NCBI RefSeq assembly: GCF_006345805.1 | Contig: NC_043003.1 | Span: forward strand, 102,486,001-102,550,000 | Direction: 5' to 3' | Length of the DNA: 64,000 bases | DNA from: Octopus sinensis | Taxonomy: Eukaryota | Shown: piece by piece, positions 11,686 to 23,922 of the stretch | Position numbering within the stretch: the stretch's first letter is position 1 | Layout: every line of letters starts with the position of its first letter | Notes under the pieces: model-generated | The model's database searches: none | Seen by the model: only the letters and a program-made list of their open reading frames with translations | Told to the model about the DNA's origin: nothing | Made by a program: the position numbers and the translations under genes

Positions 11686-13194
11686 CACACGCTCACGTGG
11701 TCGCACATGTTGATCCTGTCATTTCTTGCCACACACGAACTTCTCCACTGGACTCTCTATCTACCCTTTACGGATTCTCGTTTGGACATTTACCCTCCAG
11801 CTGCACCTCTCCTACCTACGGATCACTGTGGACTCTACTTATTATTAAGTACCATGCTTTCGCTAATTATTTTCAGTGTCTATGCTGTCACGATCACCCT
11901 TTCGACTCCTCCAGTCTTGCAATGGCACATCCAGGAAGAGACAGCTGGAAGAAGAGGAGGAGGAGGAGAGATGGATGCATCAGTACCCAGCTGATACTCA
12001 TTAACGGCTGGCTAAACTGGAACAATGTGAAGGGTTCTGCCAAGTTCTGGACCAGTTCACTCGATTCCTTCAATTTAGGATCACGGCCTGAATATATTAT
12101 CATAAGAGGCATCAACACCTACATGAACATGGTTCAACCAATCAGATCATCTCACGTGTTACCAAATAAGCCGTAGACTTGAAAGTATGTTTTGTGAAAT
12201 TTCCCGCCAAATTGTTCAGTTGAATGTTCTAGAAGCTTGACTGAATGTTATAAAAAGTTAGGCTATTAAACTTCCACCTGCAACATCGGGTGCTACAAAG
12301 AGCTCTGTCGGTCTGTTTTGTGATAACGTGTTCTCACTCTTTCTGCCTTTAATAACCATGAATGATTTGCTTATAAATGACTTGTAACTACTACATTCGC
12401 TACCTACTGCTTTATTCAAATAATCATTGCACATTGGAAACTTATACAAATATTAGTATGATCATTTCCGTTTTCACATACAGCCTACCTAATATTGTGT
12501 ACTACCAACGACGAATTAATGACTTAAAACCCCACCTAAAAAAGTGATGTACCCAAAGGCATAACTCGCTACCCGGTTCAGGAACTGAAACCACGACATT
12601 ATGATTGAGAACCGACTACCCTACCTACAAGGCCACAATCTCCTTCACGGTGTTGCTAATAGAATAGTTCCATCAAGATTTTGTTTTTGATAGTTGTTAA
12701 TTCAATGCACAAATAAATGAGATTACTTTGTAATGTTGCTATTTCAATCGTTATTTGAACTTAAAAATAATAATGTTTAAGAAGAGGGGTTATTTAAATT
12801 TTCCTGTTTGTCAGTAGTTTTATTAATGGTTCTTGTGTAAACTCTAATTACCGAACACAACGGAGTGGGAGTAAATTTACTTTCAGAAAGTTGTCAGGGG
12901 CTAAACTGAATGCACAAAAGGTTAGCAACCTCTGACTAATTAATACATTCGGTTTCTGTAGTCAAAGTTAACACGTCAGTTTTCGCAACAGCTGTACATT
13001 CATTTTTTTTTTCTTTCAAGGAAACTTTCCGAGCACTTGCTGGAAATTTCCGTTTGTAGTTGTTTCTCACTCGAAAAAATATTTCGTACATACACAATTT
13101 TTGGTTATTTTTATAAATGATACTCCTTATAATATGATGTGATCTTTGTGTGTAAGTGCCGCTGCGATTGACTTGGCCTTCCATCCTATCGGAA

Positions 13195-13740
13195 TCGATA
13201 AAATAAGTACCAGTCAAGCATTGGGCTGAATGTAATCAACTTTACCCTCTCCCTAAAATTACTGTCCATATGTCAAAGTTTGAAACTATTATTGTTGAGG
13301 CAGTGACCTGGTAGAATCGTCAACATGCAGGGCAAAATACTTATTGACATTTCGTTCGTCTTTACGTTAAAAGTTCAAATTCCGCTGAGATCGACTTCGT
13401 CTTTCATCCCTGCGGCGTCAATGAAATAAGTATCAGCTGCGCGCTCGGGTCGATCTAGTCGGTTATTCCACTCTACCAAAATTTCAGGCATTGTGTCCAG
13501 AGTTGTGAGGATTATTAAAAGGCAAGCTTGCCGAATCGTTAGTGCATTGAACAAAATGCTTAGCGGCATTTTCCTTCGATTATTAACATTCTGAGTTCAA
13601 ATTTCGCCGAGGTCGACTTTGCCTTTCATACTTTGGGAATCGATAAAATAAGTGCAAATCGGTGGGTGGGGTGGGAGTCAATGTAATCGACTTACTCCTT
13701 CGCTAAAATTGCTGGTCTTGTGTCGAAATTATATATTCTT
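13195..13740. mobile_element. Cluster of family A SINEs (one partial -, two tandem + copies)
   Basis: Repeated gttcaaatt.cgc.gag.tcgac...ctttcat blocks at about 13375 and 13595. Confidence 0.75.
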
Positions 13741-14249
13741 CAAATTGTTTCGGCTTTAAAGCTAGGGCACCACCGTTTAGAATTAGGATCATTATTAGAT
13801 TCGCAAATAAACGACGGCAAGATTACGACAGTACAACAGAAAACGAAGCGTCTGAAAATGGGTGAGCATCGCCCGTCTAACACACGTGCCATCAATGCAA
13901 GGAATGTTTGTGAGTTTATATTTATGTATAGCCTATGTATTTGTTTATTAATAGCCACCAGAATTATGTCAGTTCATTTTAAATTTGAAATGAAGAGTAA
14001 ACAAACTGTTTTGCTTAACGTTTAAGAGCAACAATAAATAAGGACAGCAACTTGAACTATGTTAAGATTTATTGTAAACAGACAACAAAAAATTATCTAC
14101 ACTGAATTTAAAAGTGCACGAGAGCAGCTGCTTGGGAGGAAAAGGCAGCCAGAAATGAAGTGAGAGTTGAATGAGGTCACCAATCTCTCTTTTTCTCTCT
14201 CTTATTCTCTCTCGCTCTCTCTTATTCTCTCCCCCCTCTCTCTCTCTCA

Positions 14250-14387
14250 CTCATTCACTCACAGACACTCCCACACAGTTTGGCCTAAATAAATCAAGTA
14301 GCAACAAGAACACGTAACTTAAAGGTTTCCTTTTTCTTTTCACTACCATAATAAGCCCAACACTTAAGAGTCCAGTTTTGACCAAAG
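14250..14387 (+). other. Candidate non-coding first exon (5' UTR); start arbitrary
   Basis: Strong donor AAAG|gtaaga at 14387/14388, downstream of a CT-rich tract and inside the CpG-retaining zone; an in-frame stop upstream and no ATG. Confidence 0.3.
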
Positions 14388-14562
14388 GTAAGACGAGTAC
14401 AAGTTCACTATGCACACACACGCATACATACAAACATGCATACGCACGCACTCACAGAGACACAGACAGACACACACACACACACACAGATGCATTCTTA
14501 AATTTATTGACAAATACTTATATACGTACATATATGTTTCTCTCTCTCTCTCTCTCTCTCTC

Positions 14563-14638
<76 letters not shown>

Positions 14639-14767
14639 CCTGCCTTGTGTCCAATGCGTGTCTCTGTGCCTCACACACGTGGACAGGCATACGTCTACAC
14701 TTACACATATTCAGTTTGGTCAGATAAACAAGTTCGTAGTAACATCGCTAATTGCCCCTCATCCTCC

Positions 14768-14829
14768 ATGACACAGTTTCTAGATGATGTAAGGAATGTG
14801 GAGGCTTTCGCACGAGAAATAAAAGCGCG
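14768..14829 (+). CDS. Candidate first coding exon MTQFLDDVRNVEAFAREIKA(R) of an unidentified gene
   Basis: Acceptor catattcag| at 14714, ATG at 14768, donor CG|gtaaca at 14829 (alternative strong donor GAT|gtaagg at 14788). Phase 2 matches 16818. No homology recognised. Confidence 0.35.
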
Positions 14830-14884
14830 GTAACATTTGCTCAATGTCTGTATAGTACGCATGCCATGCGTAGATGATATATAC

Positions 14885-15085
14885 ATACATATATTTATGC
14901 ACACACACATTCAGAGGAAGAACAAACACAAAAAAAACGACAACGCGAGGACGTGGTACGTGTAATGTATTAGTAGGCGCTCAGGAAAGGAAAGAAAGAT
15001 GGTTTAACGTTTCGAGCCGACGCTCTTCTTTGGAAACAGAGGAAAGTCCAATAGAAGGAAGACAGGAAGAAAATCGCCAACGATT
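14885..15085 (-). mobile_element. Second Penelope-like terminal fragment family
   Basis: Reverse strand reads gaagagcgtcggctcgaaacgtt (15001-15030); a related end is truncated by the window edge at 63930-64000. Confidence 0.55.
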
Positions 15086-15087
15086 CC

Positions 15088-15144
<57 letters not shown>

Positions 15145-15339
15145 GTATATATATATGTATGTATATAAGGACACAGGAAAAATGTGTCAAAGCCATCAGG
15201 AGGCGTCGATGCTTCCTAGGGCTAAACAGCGGTGGTGTACCCCCCTACTGTCGCGTTCATGTTAGATTGACAGTATACAACCATTCTATCGCCCCACCAC
15301 CGTACATATCTCTACGAGAGATTTAGAAATTTAATATTT

Positions 15340-15380
<41 letters not shown>

Positions 15381-15419
15381 TATATATTATATATATATAT
15401 ATATATTATATATATCAAA

Positions 15420-15655
15420 GAGCGTAACATTGTAATACTTCATGTAAAGAAAATATAACAAATGAAAAATCCTTCACGAATCCATAAAAATTCCCGAATC
15501 ACTACCAAAATTTCACCATCTATTCCTTGTGTCACTACCAACTTTTCCTGCAAGTTTCATTAAATACCGTTCACAACTTTTTGAGTTATTTAGCAGACAG
15601 ACGGACAAACCAACGCCAATGAAAACATAACCTCCTTCCTTGGCAGATGTAATAG
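15420..15655 (+). mobile_element. Helentron/HINE-like non-autonomous element
   Basis: aagtttcattaaa...agttatttagcagacagacggacaaac...aaaacataacctcc...ggcagatgtaat: ACAG/ACGG repeat plus a terminal acctcc/ggaggt-like palindrome. Family assignment from memory of similar elements. Confidence 0.5.
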
Positions 15656-16195
15656 CAACACTTGATTGAAAGCCCTGCCTTTATTCTCTAATATTTTGTG
15701 ACTACATGTCTATCAGTATAAAGTGTCTTTTATTATACCTCAATGACTTCTGCTCCTCTGGCTGATGGTATACCATGTAGAGCCAAGCATCATTTAAGAT
15801 ATACCTATTTCTTTATTTCCTATAGCCCAACAATGTAAAGGGTCACTCATTCAAGACTTCCGTACTAAATACTAGTTTTGAAACCTTCTTTCACAGAATG
15901 GAACCTTTCTGGATCTCCCTTACAAATATTTTTCTTCTTCATCACTTAATATGAAACATGACCACTGGGTGAATAAGGGATACAATGAGAAACTCAAAAG
16001 CAACATGTAAAAACTTGTTTATATGAGTAATCTGGGGATCAACCCAATTTAATGATCTTCACTTATAATGAAATATTTGTGAAACATCAGATAAAAGTAT
16101 TTTCCCCAACATCAAATGGCCTAAGAAGGCTATTCGGTTTGTTCTGTTTGATGTCTCATAAATATTAAGCCCTCTGTGGGAAGCCTCCAGCCACG

Positions 16196-16781
16196 GCATG
16201 CCAGTGAAATCTTGTTGCTATGATATATATAGAATATCAGCATCTGATGTCGCAAATAGCTAGCAGGCTTATTAAAATTTAATTGTTAATAATGGAAGCA
16301 GTATTAATACCAAAAAGGTTATCTTTATATCCAACTTAACATGGATCTCTTGTGAGAACCTTAAAGACTGTGTTATTAGCCTTGTGACAGTCCTCTTATA
16401 TGGGACCTTGGTGCATAGCAGTACACACATAGGTCACAGCAGGTGATAATTGTCTGTCATGAGCACCAGAAGATGATTTCCAATGCAATGAAATCATGCG
16501 ATAGGGAAATCCCAGTGCCCATAACAGATGTCAGCTAGGGTCTGTGTGCTTTTATGCACTAAGCACCTATGTGAGAGGATCTCTCAAGGCCAACAATACA
16601 GTGTTCGGTGTTCTAACAAGGCATCCATGTTAAGTTGGATATAAAGATTATCTTTTAGTATTAATACTGCTTCCTTTGCTAATAATTAATTTTTAATAAG
16701 CCTGCTTGCTATTTGTGACATCAGTACCTGAAAAGATGCTGGTATTCTAGATATTGTAGCAGCGAGATTTGACTAACATGC
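16196..16781. mobile_element. Fold-back / MITE with inverted arms of about 240 bp
   Basis: Left arm 16196-16433 is the reverse complement of 16538-16781 (e.g. atatccaacttaacatggat / atccatgttaagttggatat; gaagcagtattaatac / gtattaatactgcttc); spacer about 100 bp. Confidence 0.85.
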
Positions 16782-16817
16782 AGTGACCGAATGCTTCCCA
16801 TTGATGGTTTCCATTAG

Positions 16818-16858
16818 AATGAAATTATGTGAAATAACAACTCCAACACCCACGACAG
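16818..16858 (+). CDS. Candidate 41-nt exon (R)MKLCEITTPTPTT(G)
   Basis: ggtttccattag| acceptor and CAG|gtaaat donor; phase 2 to 1 links 14829 with 23923. Confidence 0.3.
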
Positions 16859-16886
16859 GTAAATTACACCTGCTTTAAACTATGGA

Positions 16887-17036
16887 TGTACTTTTATGCA
16901 CCAAGCACCTGTACGAGAAGACCATTCCAGACAAATGATGCAGAATTTGGTGTTCTAACGAGGCATCCGTGTTTAGCTGGATGTAAATATTACCTTCTGG
17001 TATTTATATTGCTTCTATTGCTAATAATTAATTCTT
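16887..17036. repeat. Third, more diverged copy of the fold-back right arm
   Basis: Colinear with 16545-16695 (cttttatgcac.aagcacct...ggtgttctaac.aggcatcc.tgtt...ttgctaataattaatt). Confidence 0.8.
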
Positions 17037-17785
17037 CACACACACACACACACACACACACAACAAACCCATCATAAACTAGAAATCTCTGAACAATTAT
17101 AATCTTACTATAAATAGAATCCCAATGAAGGACAATCAAACATTACCAAAGTATGGTGTATCATATACAACACCACTGTAATCAAGAAACCAAGAACTCT
17201 CTAAACAAGGTTAACTCTACAAGAACTGGAATTTCAATGAGAGACAATTAGATTCATGGGAACACCAGATACAAAAGGTTCACAGTTAACAAGACACACA
17301 CAAAAAGAAAACACATCAAACATATACATCTCTTTTTCAGCTGCCTAAAAGGATATCATTATGGTTTACACACACACACACACACACAGTGTACTGTACT
17401 GTTTGTTGGTAGGATCAGCAAAACAGCTCTGAATTCAGCGAGACATAAATATCATTTAATGAAAATATATATATATATATAAATAAATGATTACAGTCTA
17501 ATGACTGAAACTAGGGAACTATATATATATATAATATAAATAATATATAAATATATGCATATATACATACATATATGTACATACCTACATATATATGTAT
17601 ATATACATGCATATATAGGTACAGGACATCAAAAACACGTTGAACACAATGAGAAGCAAAAACATAAAAACAAAAACATAGAAACAAACTTTTTTTCAAA
17701 CAATGAAAAAAACAGAGAAACAAGACATACAACACAAGGAATATTCCCCTTCTTCAGTTGTCCCTGTTTCGTCTACTCTGTGTTT

Positions 17786-18576
17786 AGGTGCAGGTGTGAC
17801 TGTAGTGAAAAGTTTACATTTCAACCACATGGCTCCAGGTTCAGTCCAACTGCATGGCATTGTGGGCAAGTATCTTCTCCTATAGCCTAGGATTGACCAA
17901 AGCCTTCTGAGTAGATTTGGTAGATGGAAACAGAAAAAAGCCCACTGTATAAATACGTATATACAATCAAAAATCAAATTCGATGACTGGCGTCCGTGCT
18001 AGCAGGGTGCAAAGAGCACCATACAAATGTGATCATTGACAGAGTGGCTAACTGGCTTCAGTACCAGTGGCACTTAAAAGGCACCATTCGAGTGTGATCG
18101 TTACCAGTGTCGCGTTACTGGCACCCGTGCTGGTGGCATGTGTAAAAGATTCGAGCGAGGTCATTGCCAGTGCTGCCTGACTGGCCCGGTGCCAGTGGCA
18201 CGTAAAAAGCACCCACTACACTCTCGGAGTGGTTGGCGTTAGGAAGGGCATCCAGCTGTAGAAACTCTGCCAGATCAAGATTGAAGCCTGGTTCAGCCAT
18301 CTGGTTCACCAGCCCTCAGTCATACGTCCAACCCATGATAGCATGGAAAGCAGACGTTAAACAATGATGATATATATGTGCGTGTGTGTGTCTTTGTGTA
18401 TGTGTTTGTTTTCCACCATCGCTTGACAACTGGTATTGGTATGTGTTTATGCACCTATAACTTAGTGGTTCAGCAAATGAAACTGATAGAATAAGTGCCA
18501 GGCTTGGGGCTGATTTCTTCAACTAAAATTCTTCAGGGCAGTGCTCCAGCATGGCCGCAGTCCAGTGACTGAAATT
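17786..18576 (+). mobile_element. SINE family B, split by a family C insertion
   Basis: Head and 5' half at 17786-17960, 3' half at 18380-18576 (gtgctccagcatggccgcagtc...gactgaaa). Confidence 0.8.
17965..18371 (+). mobile_element. Family C retroposon with internal tandem modules and (GAT)n tail
   Basis: Ends ccaacccatgatagcatggaaagcagacgttaaacaatgatga; homologous to 28985-29356 and 57451-57950. Confidence 0.85.
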
Positions 18577-18914
18577 AGTCAGATGCTTACGTTGTGCAGT
18601 ATTTTTTTACACTAACCTATCCTATTTGTACTCTATTTTTGAGATATTTGCATGACTGATGGCCCCTAAATTTATATGGGAAGGACTTATATAATGAAAT
18701 TATATTGGACTTTGGGGCATCATCAGTCATGTGTGTGTTCACTGATAACATAATGTCCTACTCATGTTTTAATCTCTTCATAGATACTTTCTTTCTTGAA
18801 AATGTGTTTAAAATATAAACATACTTGGTTTAAATATTTTATTTCTGAGAAAAAACATGAGCCCTCTAAACACAGAGTACTCTCTTGATGTTTGCTACCC
18901 CACTATGGGCTTAA

Positions 18915-19134
18915 CCCTTTCATTACCAAACCGGCTGAAACCGCCCCTGGCTCTGAGTACAAATGTTTTATTTTCATAAGTTTTGAATTAAAATCTTCCA
19001 CCAAACCTTTGTCACAATTTATGTTCCTAACACTAGCTTAATGATAACTAAGTTATTTTACTAAATTCTTTGTTATATTTAAAGTAATTGAAAGAGACAC
19101 AGAGCATCTTAAAATAAATACAGTAAAGAAAGGG
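18915..19134. mobile_element. piggyBac-type MITE with TTAA TSDs
   Basis: TTAA|ccctttc ... gaaaggg|TTAA (18911-18914, 19135-19138). Related ends at 32056 and 52760. Confidence 0.8.
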
Positions 19135-19252
19135 TTAAGACCCCACAAAGATGATGCCCCATCTAAGTCAAGAAAAATCGGTTTACTTGATAAATATGGA
19201 GCAGAATTTAAACAACTTTGAAAAAAAAAATTTCATGAAGCAAAAATATATG

Positions 19253-19311
<59 letters not shown>

Positions 19312-19599
19312 AACACACACTACCCTTATTTATGAATGACACAGATACTCCAAATGCCCTTGATCTCTCTTTCACCTCCACCAAATACAGCCTCTACCAA
19401 ATCATCACTGCTTCTCCAACTATTGAGTCATCATTGGATGACTCAATCCACATCACGCAGCACACATATCATGTCTGTTATGAAAACTTCTGAGCAAAGC
19501 CACTTGCCATTGGATTTCATCTGTCTCTCATCTCTTGGATTGCTAAAGTAAATGTCCACAACACAAGCCTAAGATACATTATAAGGATTGTGTTTGTAC

Positions 19600-19770
19600 T
19601 TCACTGCCTGCCTACATTCTGAGTTCAAATTCCGCCAAGGTCGACTTTGCTTTCATTCTTTCGAGGTCGATAAATTAAGTACCAGTTATGCACTGGGGTC
19701 GATGAATCAACTTAATCCCTTTGTCTGTCCTTGTTTGTCCCCCCTATGCTTAGCTCCCTGTGGGCAATAA
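19600..19770 (+). mobile_element. 5'-truncated SINE family A
   Basis: ctgagttcaaattccgccaaggtcgactttgc...ccctgtgggcaataa. Confidence 0.8.
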
Positions 19771-19980
19771 TAAAATAAAAATATCTAAAACATCAGCTTG
19801 TAATAGAGCAAATTGTAGAAACATAACAGCTTTGGATTAGTTTTTCATTTGGGGATCCAAAGTCACAGCATGAGACAAGTTGAATATCAGAAAGTAGAAA
19901 GTAATGAAGGATAATTTCATTACAATTGTGATGTATGTAATCACTTTTGTTTTCCATAAGCTAGCCTTTGAAGTTATTAA

Positions 19981-20548
19981 CCCTTTTGTTATATTTCTGT
20001 TGCGATACATTCTGTTGTGTTTGGGGAGAGTCATTTTCTTTTTGTGCCTTATTATTTAACACACTCACTGGTAAAATTTCCACTTTTTTTCTTATTTTTA
20101 TTGTCCTAAAATTTTCGTTGCGTCTTGCAACCTCTTCAATAGTTTTGACTCTTGAAAACTATCGAAAAGGTTGCAACACACAACGAAAATTTTAGGACAA
20201 TAAAAATAAGAAAAAAAGTGGAAATTTTACCAGTGAGTGTGTTAAATAATAAGGCACAAAAAGAAAATGACTTTCCCCAAACACAACAGAATATGCTTCA
20301 ACACACAAACTCATATAAAGAATCTTGCAAACCAAATCCAAAAACGAAATGTTGAGATACAGTTTACTTTCAATTGGTTTTGAAAATGATAATGAGTATA
20401 GTGAAATAAGTTAGTTATTATTAAGCTGTTAATTGGAACACAAATTAATATGAAACTTTAATAAGAGGTTTTAATTTAGCTCTCTTTAAAACAGGAAGCC
20501 TGTATCATAAAACCAAGGATGGTTTCAGGTAGTTTAGTATTAAAAGAG
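19981..20548. mobile_element. piggyBac-type MITE interrupted by a palindromic insertion
   Basis: TTAA|ccctttt at 19977-19987 and aaaagag|TTAA at 20542-20552. Confidence 0.6.
20009..20292. repeat. Near-perfect palindrome of about 285 bp
   Basis: Arms of about 137 bp (20009-20145 / 20155-20292) with roughly 5-6 mismatches by eye; loop under 10 nt. Confidence 0.9.
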
Positions 20549-21149
20549 TTAAAGTGGCCAAATGGTGAGACTCATCATAGGTTACATAATGATCAATGTA
20601 TACAAACAGGGACTTTCATGTATATGGAATGTAGTAAGATGTGTAAAAATAAATCAGGTCTCACTTTATTTTAAACTTTATAACAATGACATGACATTGG
20701 AGCAAAACACTTTCGTGTGTCATGTGTCAGGTGCAATGATAATGTTATGCATGTTGTAACTCATGGCATCATTGTTGTAAAGTTTACAATTAGAAGGGTG
20801 TGAGAGTGGCTCCTGTACAGATTCTGGATAAAAAATAAACAAAAACAAAAGGAAATTTTACTAAGTTTCAACAATGATTATACTTGTCTAGTTGATGGTT
20901 TTCATAGATGTATGTATATACGTACGTGTGTGTGTGTGTGTGTGCATGTGTACACATACACATGCACTCACATATAAACAGACATTTTACATGTGTACAT
21001 ATAATATGAGTGTGTGTCTGTAACAATCTATTATATATCTTTATGTGTGTGGGCTGTGCAGTAACGTATATCTCTGTATATATTTCTTACATAGAAAGGT
21101 ATGCACATGTTTTGCGATATGTTAGATTACAAGGCAAAGACTAGAGTGA

Positions 21150-23190
21150 ACCGTGATGTTGTTTGGGGAGAATTCTGCACTGAAATGCAATTCAGAGATG
21201 GTGTCAAATGTGGAGAAATGCATGGGAGGTAGTGTGCCTACACGATGTAGACCCAACAGAAGGACTAAATATTGAAGTTGACAGCCATATGGGTGAAATC
21301 ATGCTCAGAGATATAAAAGCAGTGAAATCATTAAGATACTTAAATATCTTGCAAAGCTGGTCATGTGTTATTAAAGAGGGAGCTGAGGGAGGTGTCACTG
21401 AAAAACTAGTGTTGCAGTATAGTCATCAACTGTTTAAAATCAAAGGAGATGTTCATGAAAGAAACAACTACAAACTTACAAAATTACATAAATTAGATGG
21501 ACCAATTTATAAAAGTTACTGATAGAGTTATAACACAACTGATCAGAAAGCAAATTAGAAGAGATGCATTTTGGGCTTATGTCAAAATGGGGCACCATAG
21601 ATGACTTCTTCCTCGTGAGGCAACTTAGTTAAGAGTGAGCTGCTCTACATACATTTTTGGACTTGGGAAAGGCCTGCAGGGATTCAAATCCCAACTGCAA
21701 GATATTCAGCCACCACCAACTAACATGATCTATAAATTAACCAATCAGTTTGAAGCTGTGATATGATATGGCTCTTTGGATAATGTAAAATTTACCCCCT
21801 TTTTACCTTATAAATCTGTTTGGCACCTAAGAGCCAGACATCCTTGGCAGGCCACTGAAACCAGACAGCCTCAAAGAAATTACTTTGGACACACACACGA
21901 TGTACCACTGCTAGCCTTCTACAGACACAGTGCAGTTCTCTCCTCCCAGTCAGTGGTTATTTCATCAGCAGCCGACTGGGAGGGGAGAACCAGCTGTGGT
22001 ATATCATGAGTGTCCAATGTCATTTCTTGCTTGACATGGTCTGTCCAGTTGCCTGAAGTTGTCTGGTCTTAGCAGTCTGCTTTCAGTGAATGCCCAAGGT
22101 GATCTACAAGAATGTTCTAGGCTGTCTGATCTTAGAGGTCTTCCAAAGTTATATGGTTTCTGTGGTCTGCTGGGGCTATCTGGATGAATTAGATGCCAAG
22201 TGTTTTTTTTTCATACAATAGAAAGGGAGTGAATATTAGATCATTTGAGAAACTCTGTCACACCACAGCTTCATGTAGATTGGTTGATTCATTTTGATCA
22301 ATCATGTGAGTCTGCAGTGGCTTACTCATGATCCCTAACTGAATATCTTGTGGTTGGGGTTCGAATCCCCACAGGCCTTTGAAGGGTTGCATGCTTTGTT
22401 GTCTGATGGTCACTAAGAAAAGTAAAGATAGATGAATGATTCATGAAAATCCTGGTGCCATGTTCATTGGTACCATCAACTAGATGAGTTGGCAATTAAA
22501 TCAGCCAGGAGTTTAGCGTACAGGCTGGTATTCATTGGGATTCAGATCTCATCTGTCTTCTGTTTATTATAACCCTTTAGGCTATATCAGAGAAGTTTAA
22601 AAGCAGCTGTCATGGGGGACTAGTGTATGCTGATGACCTCATAGCTGAATTGGTCAAAGATTTAGAGAAACAATTCCTAACATGAAAGTGACATCTAGAA
22701 TCATGATCACTAAAATGTAAACCTAGCAAATATATAAGTTTTAGTTACCAAGAAAGAAAATGGGGCCTTACTGTTGTTAGAAAAGTAGCTTTTATTGATA
22801 TATATAGAGAGAGTCAGTAGGAATTCCATACATTGTACCCAGAGTAAACTATGGACACACAAGAAGTGCAGTAGGATCACAGGTAAGTTGACAGACTTCA
22901 TATGTGTCAGGTACATAAGCATAAAAGTAATTAACAGTAAGAGTACACGTGAAATAAATACTGTCTAGGACTCTTCAGAAGTAGTTGATGGCTTTTGTTA
23001 TCTAGGTGACCTAATTTGCTGTGGATGTAGGTGCCCCAAAATTAAAGTTGTCAGAGTAAGACCAGAATAGAAAAATTCAGGGAGCCATTGCCACTATTGA
23101 TTGGCAACAGAAGTTTTTATTTTCTTTTTGGAATGATTAGCAGATTGTATGATGCTTGCGTAAAAAGTGAAAGACTCTGTGGTAGCAAGA
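21150..23190 (+). pseudogene. Decayed RTE-clade LINE RT fragments (21150-21660 and 22560-23190)
   Basis: KGDVHERNNYK...; FGLMSKWGTIDDFFLVRQL-like segment; YADD at 22626-22637; VNLAK; a Cys-rich SIHCTQSKLWTHKKCS segment; EVVDGFCYLGD. Confidence 0.75.
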
Positions 23191-23815
23191 CAAATGTCCT
23201 GAATACACAAATACATATTGAGTAACAAACTGACTCAGCTCTTCAAGTTTTGTGTAAGTGCAGAAGCATGACCAGCTTCTTAAACAAATAGACACGCATG
23301 TGTGTGTGTGTGTGTGTGTGCGTGTACATGTGTGTGTGTTTGTGTGTGCATGTGCGCTTGTCTCAACTCCACATGATAGTTGTAAACGAGCATCACTGTC
23401 ATACAAGTCACATTATTTGTTTCTAGTTCTGCATGTAAAATGTGTCTGGTTATGGGAAATATTACATTGCTCAGAAACAAGGTGAGAGTCGGAGACAGGA
23501 AGGGCATCTCGTTAAGGGACATCTGCCTCAACAAAATTCAATCTTATTCATATAAGCATCAAAAAGCAGAAGTTAAAACGATACAGTTGTTACTGCTATT
23601 GCTTTGATGTTATGTCTGTAATCTGAGTAGCTCAATATACCATTTCCATAGAAATTCCATTCTAAGTATTCATTCTGAGTCAACATCATTTTAATTCCAT
23701 AAATAAAAATTTTCTATTGAAATATTTCAAAATGCATAATAGCACTTAAGTACTTAAGCCAATCAAAGCACATTCTTTTGTTTACATATACTTCTCACAT
23801 TCAATGGTTATTTAT

Positions 23816-23849
<34 letters not shown>

Positions 23850-23922
23850 TGTGTGTGTGCATGTGTGTGTTTGTATTTATACTATTAAATTATCACTTGA
23901 GGATTAGAAATTTTAAACTCAG

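Noticed and set aside
17990-18220. Regularly spaced palindromic repeats resembling a CRISPR array
   Set aside because: The whole unit repeats, with no unique spacers; it is the interior of a dispersed retroposon in eukaryotic DNA with no cas genes.
19336-19551. 71-aa ORF; another frame has an LDLSFT-like motif
   Set aside because: At best a very old LINE endonuclease trace; too little to call.
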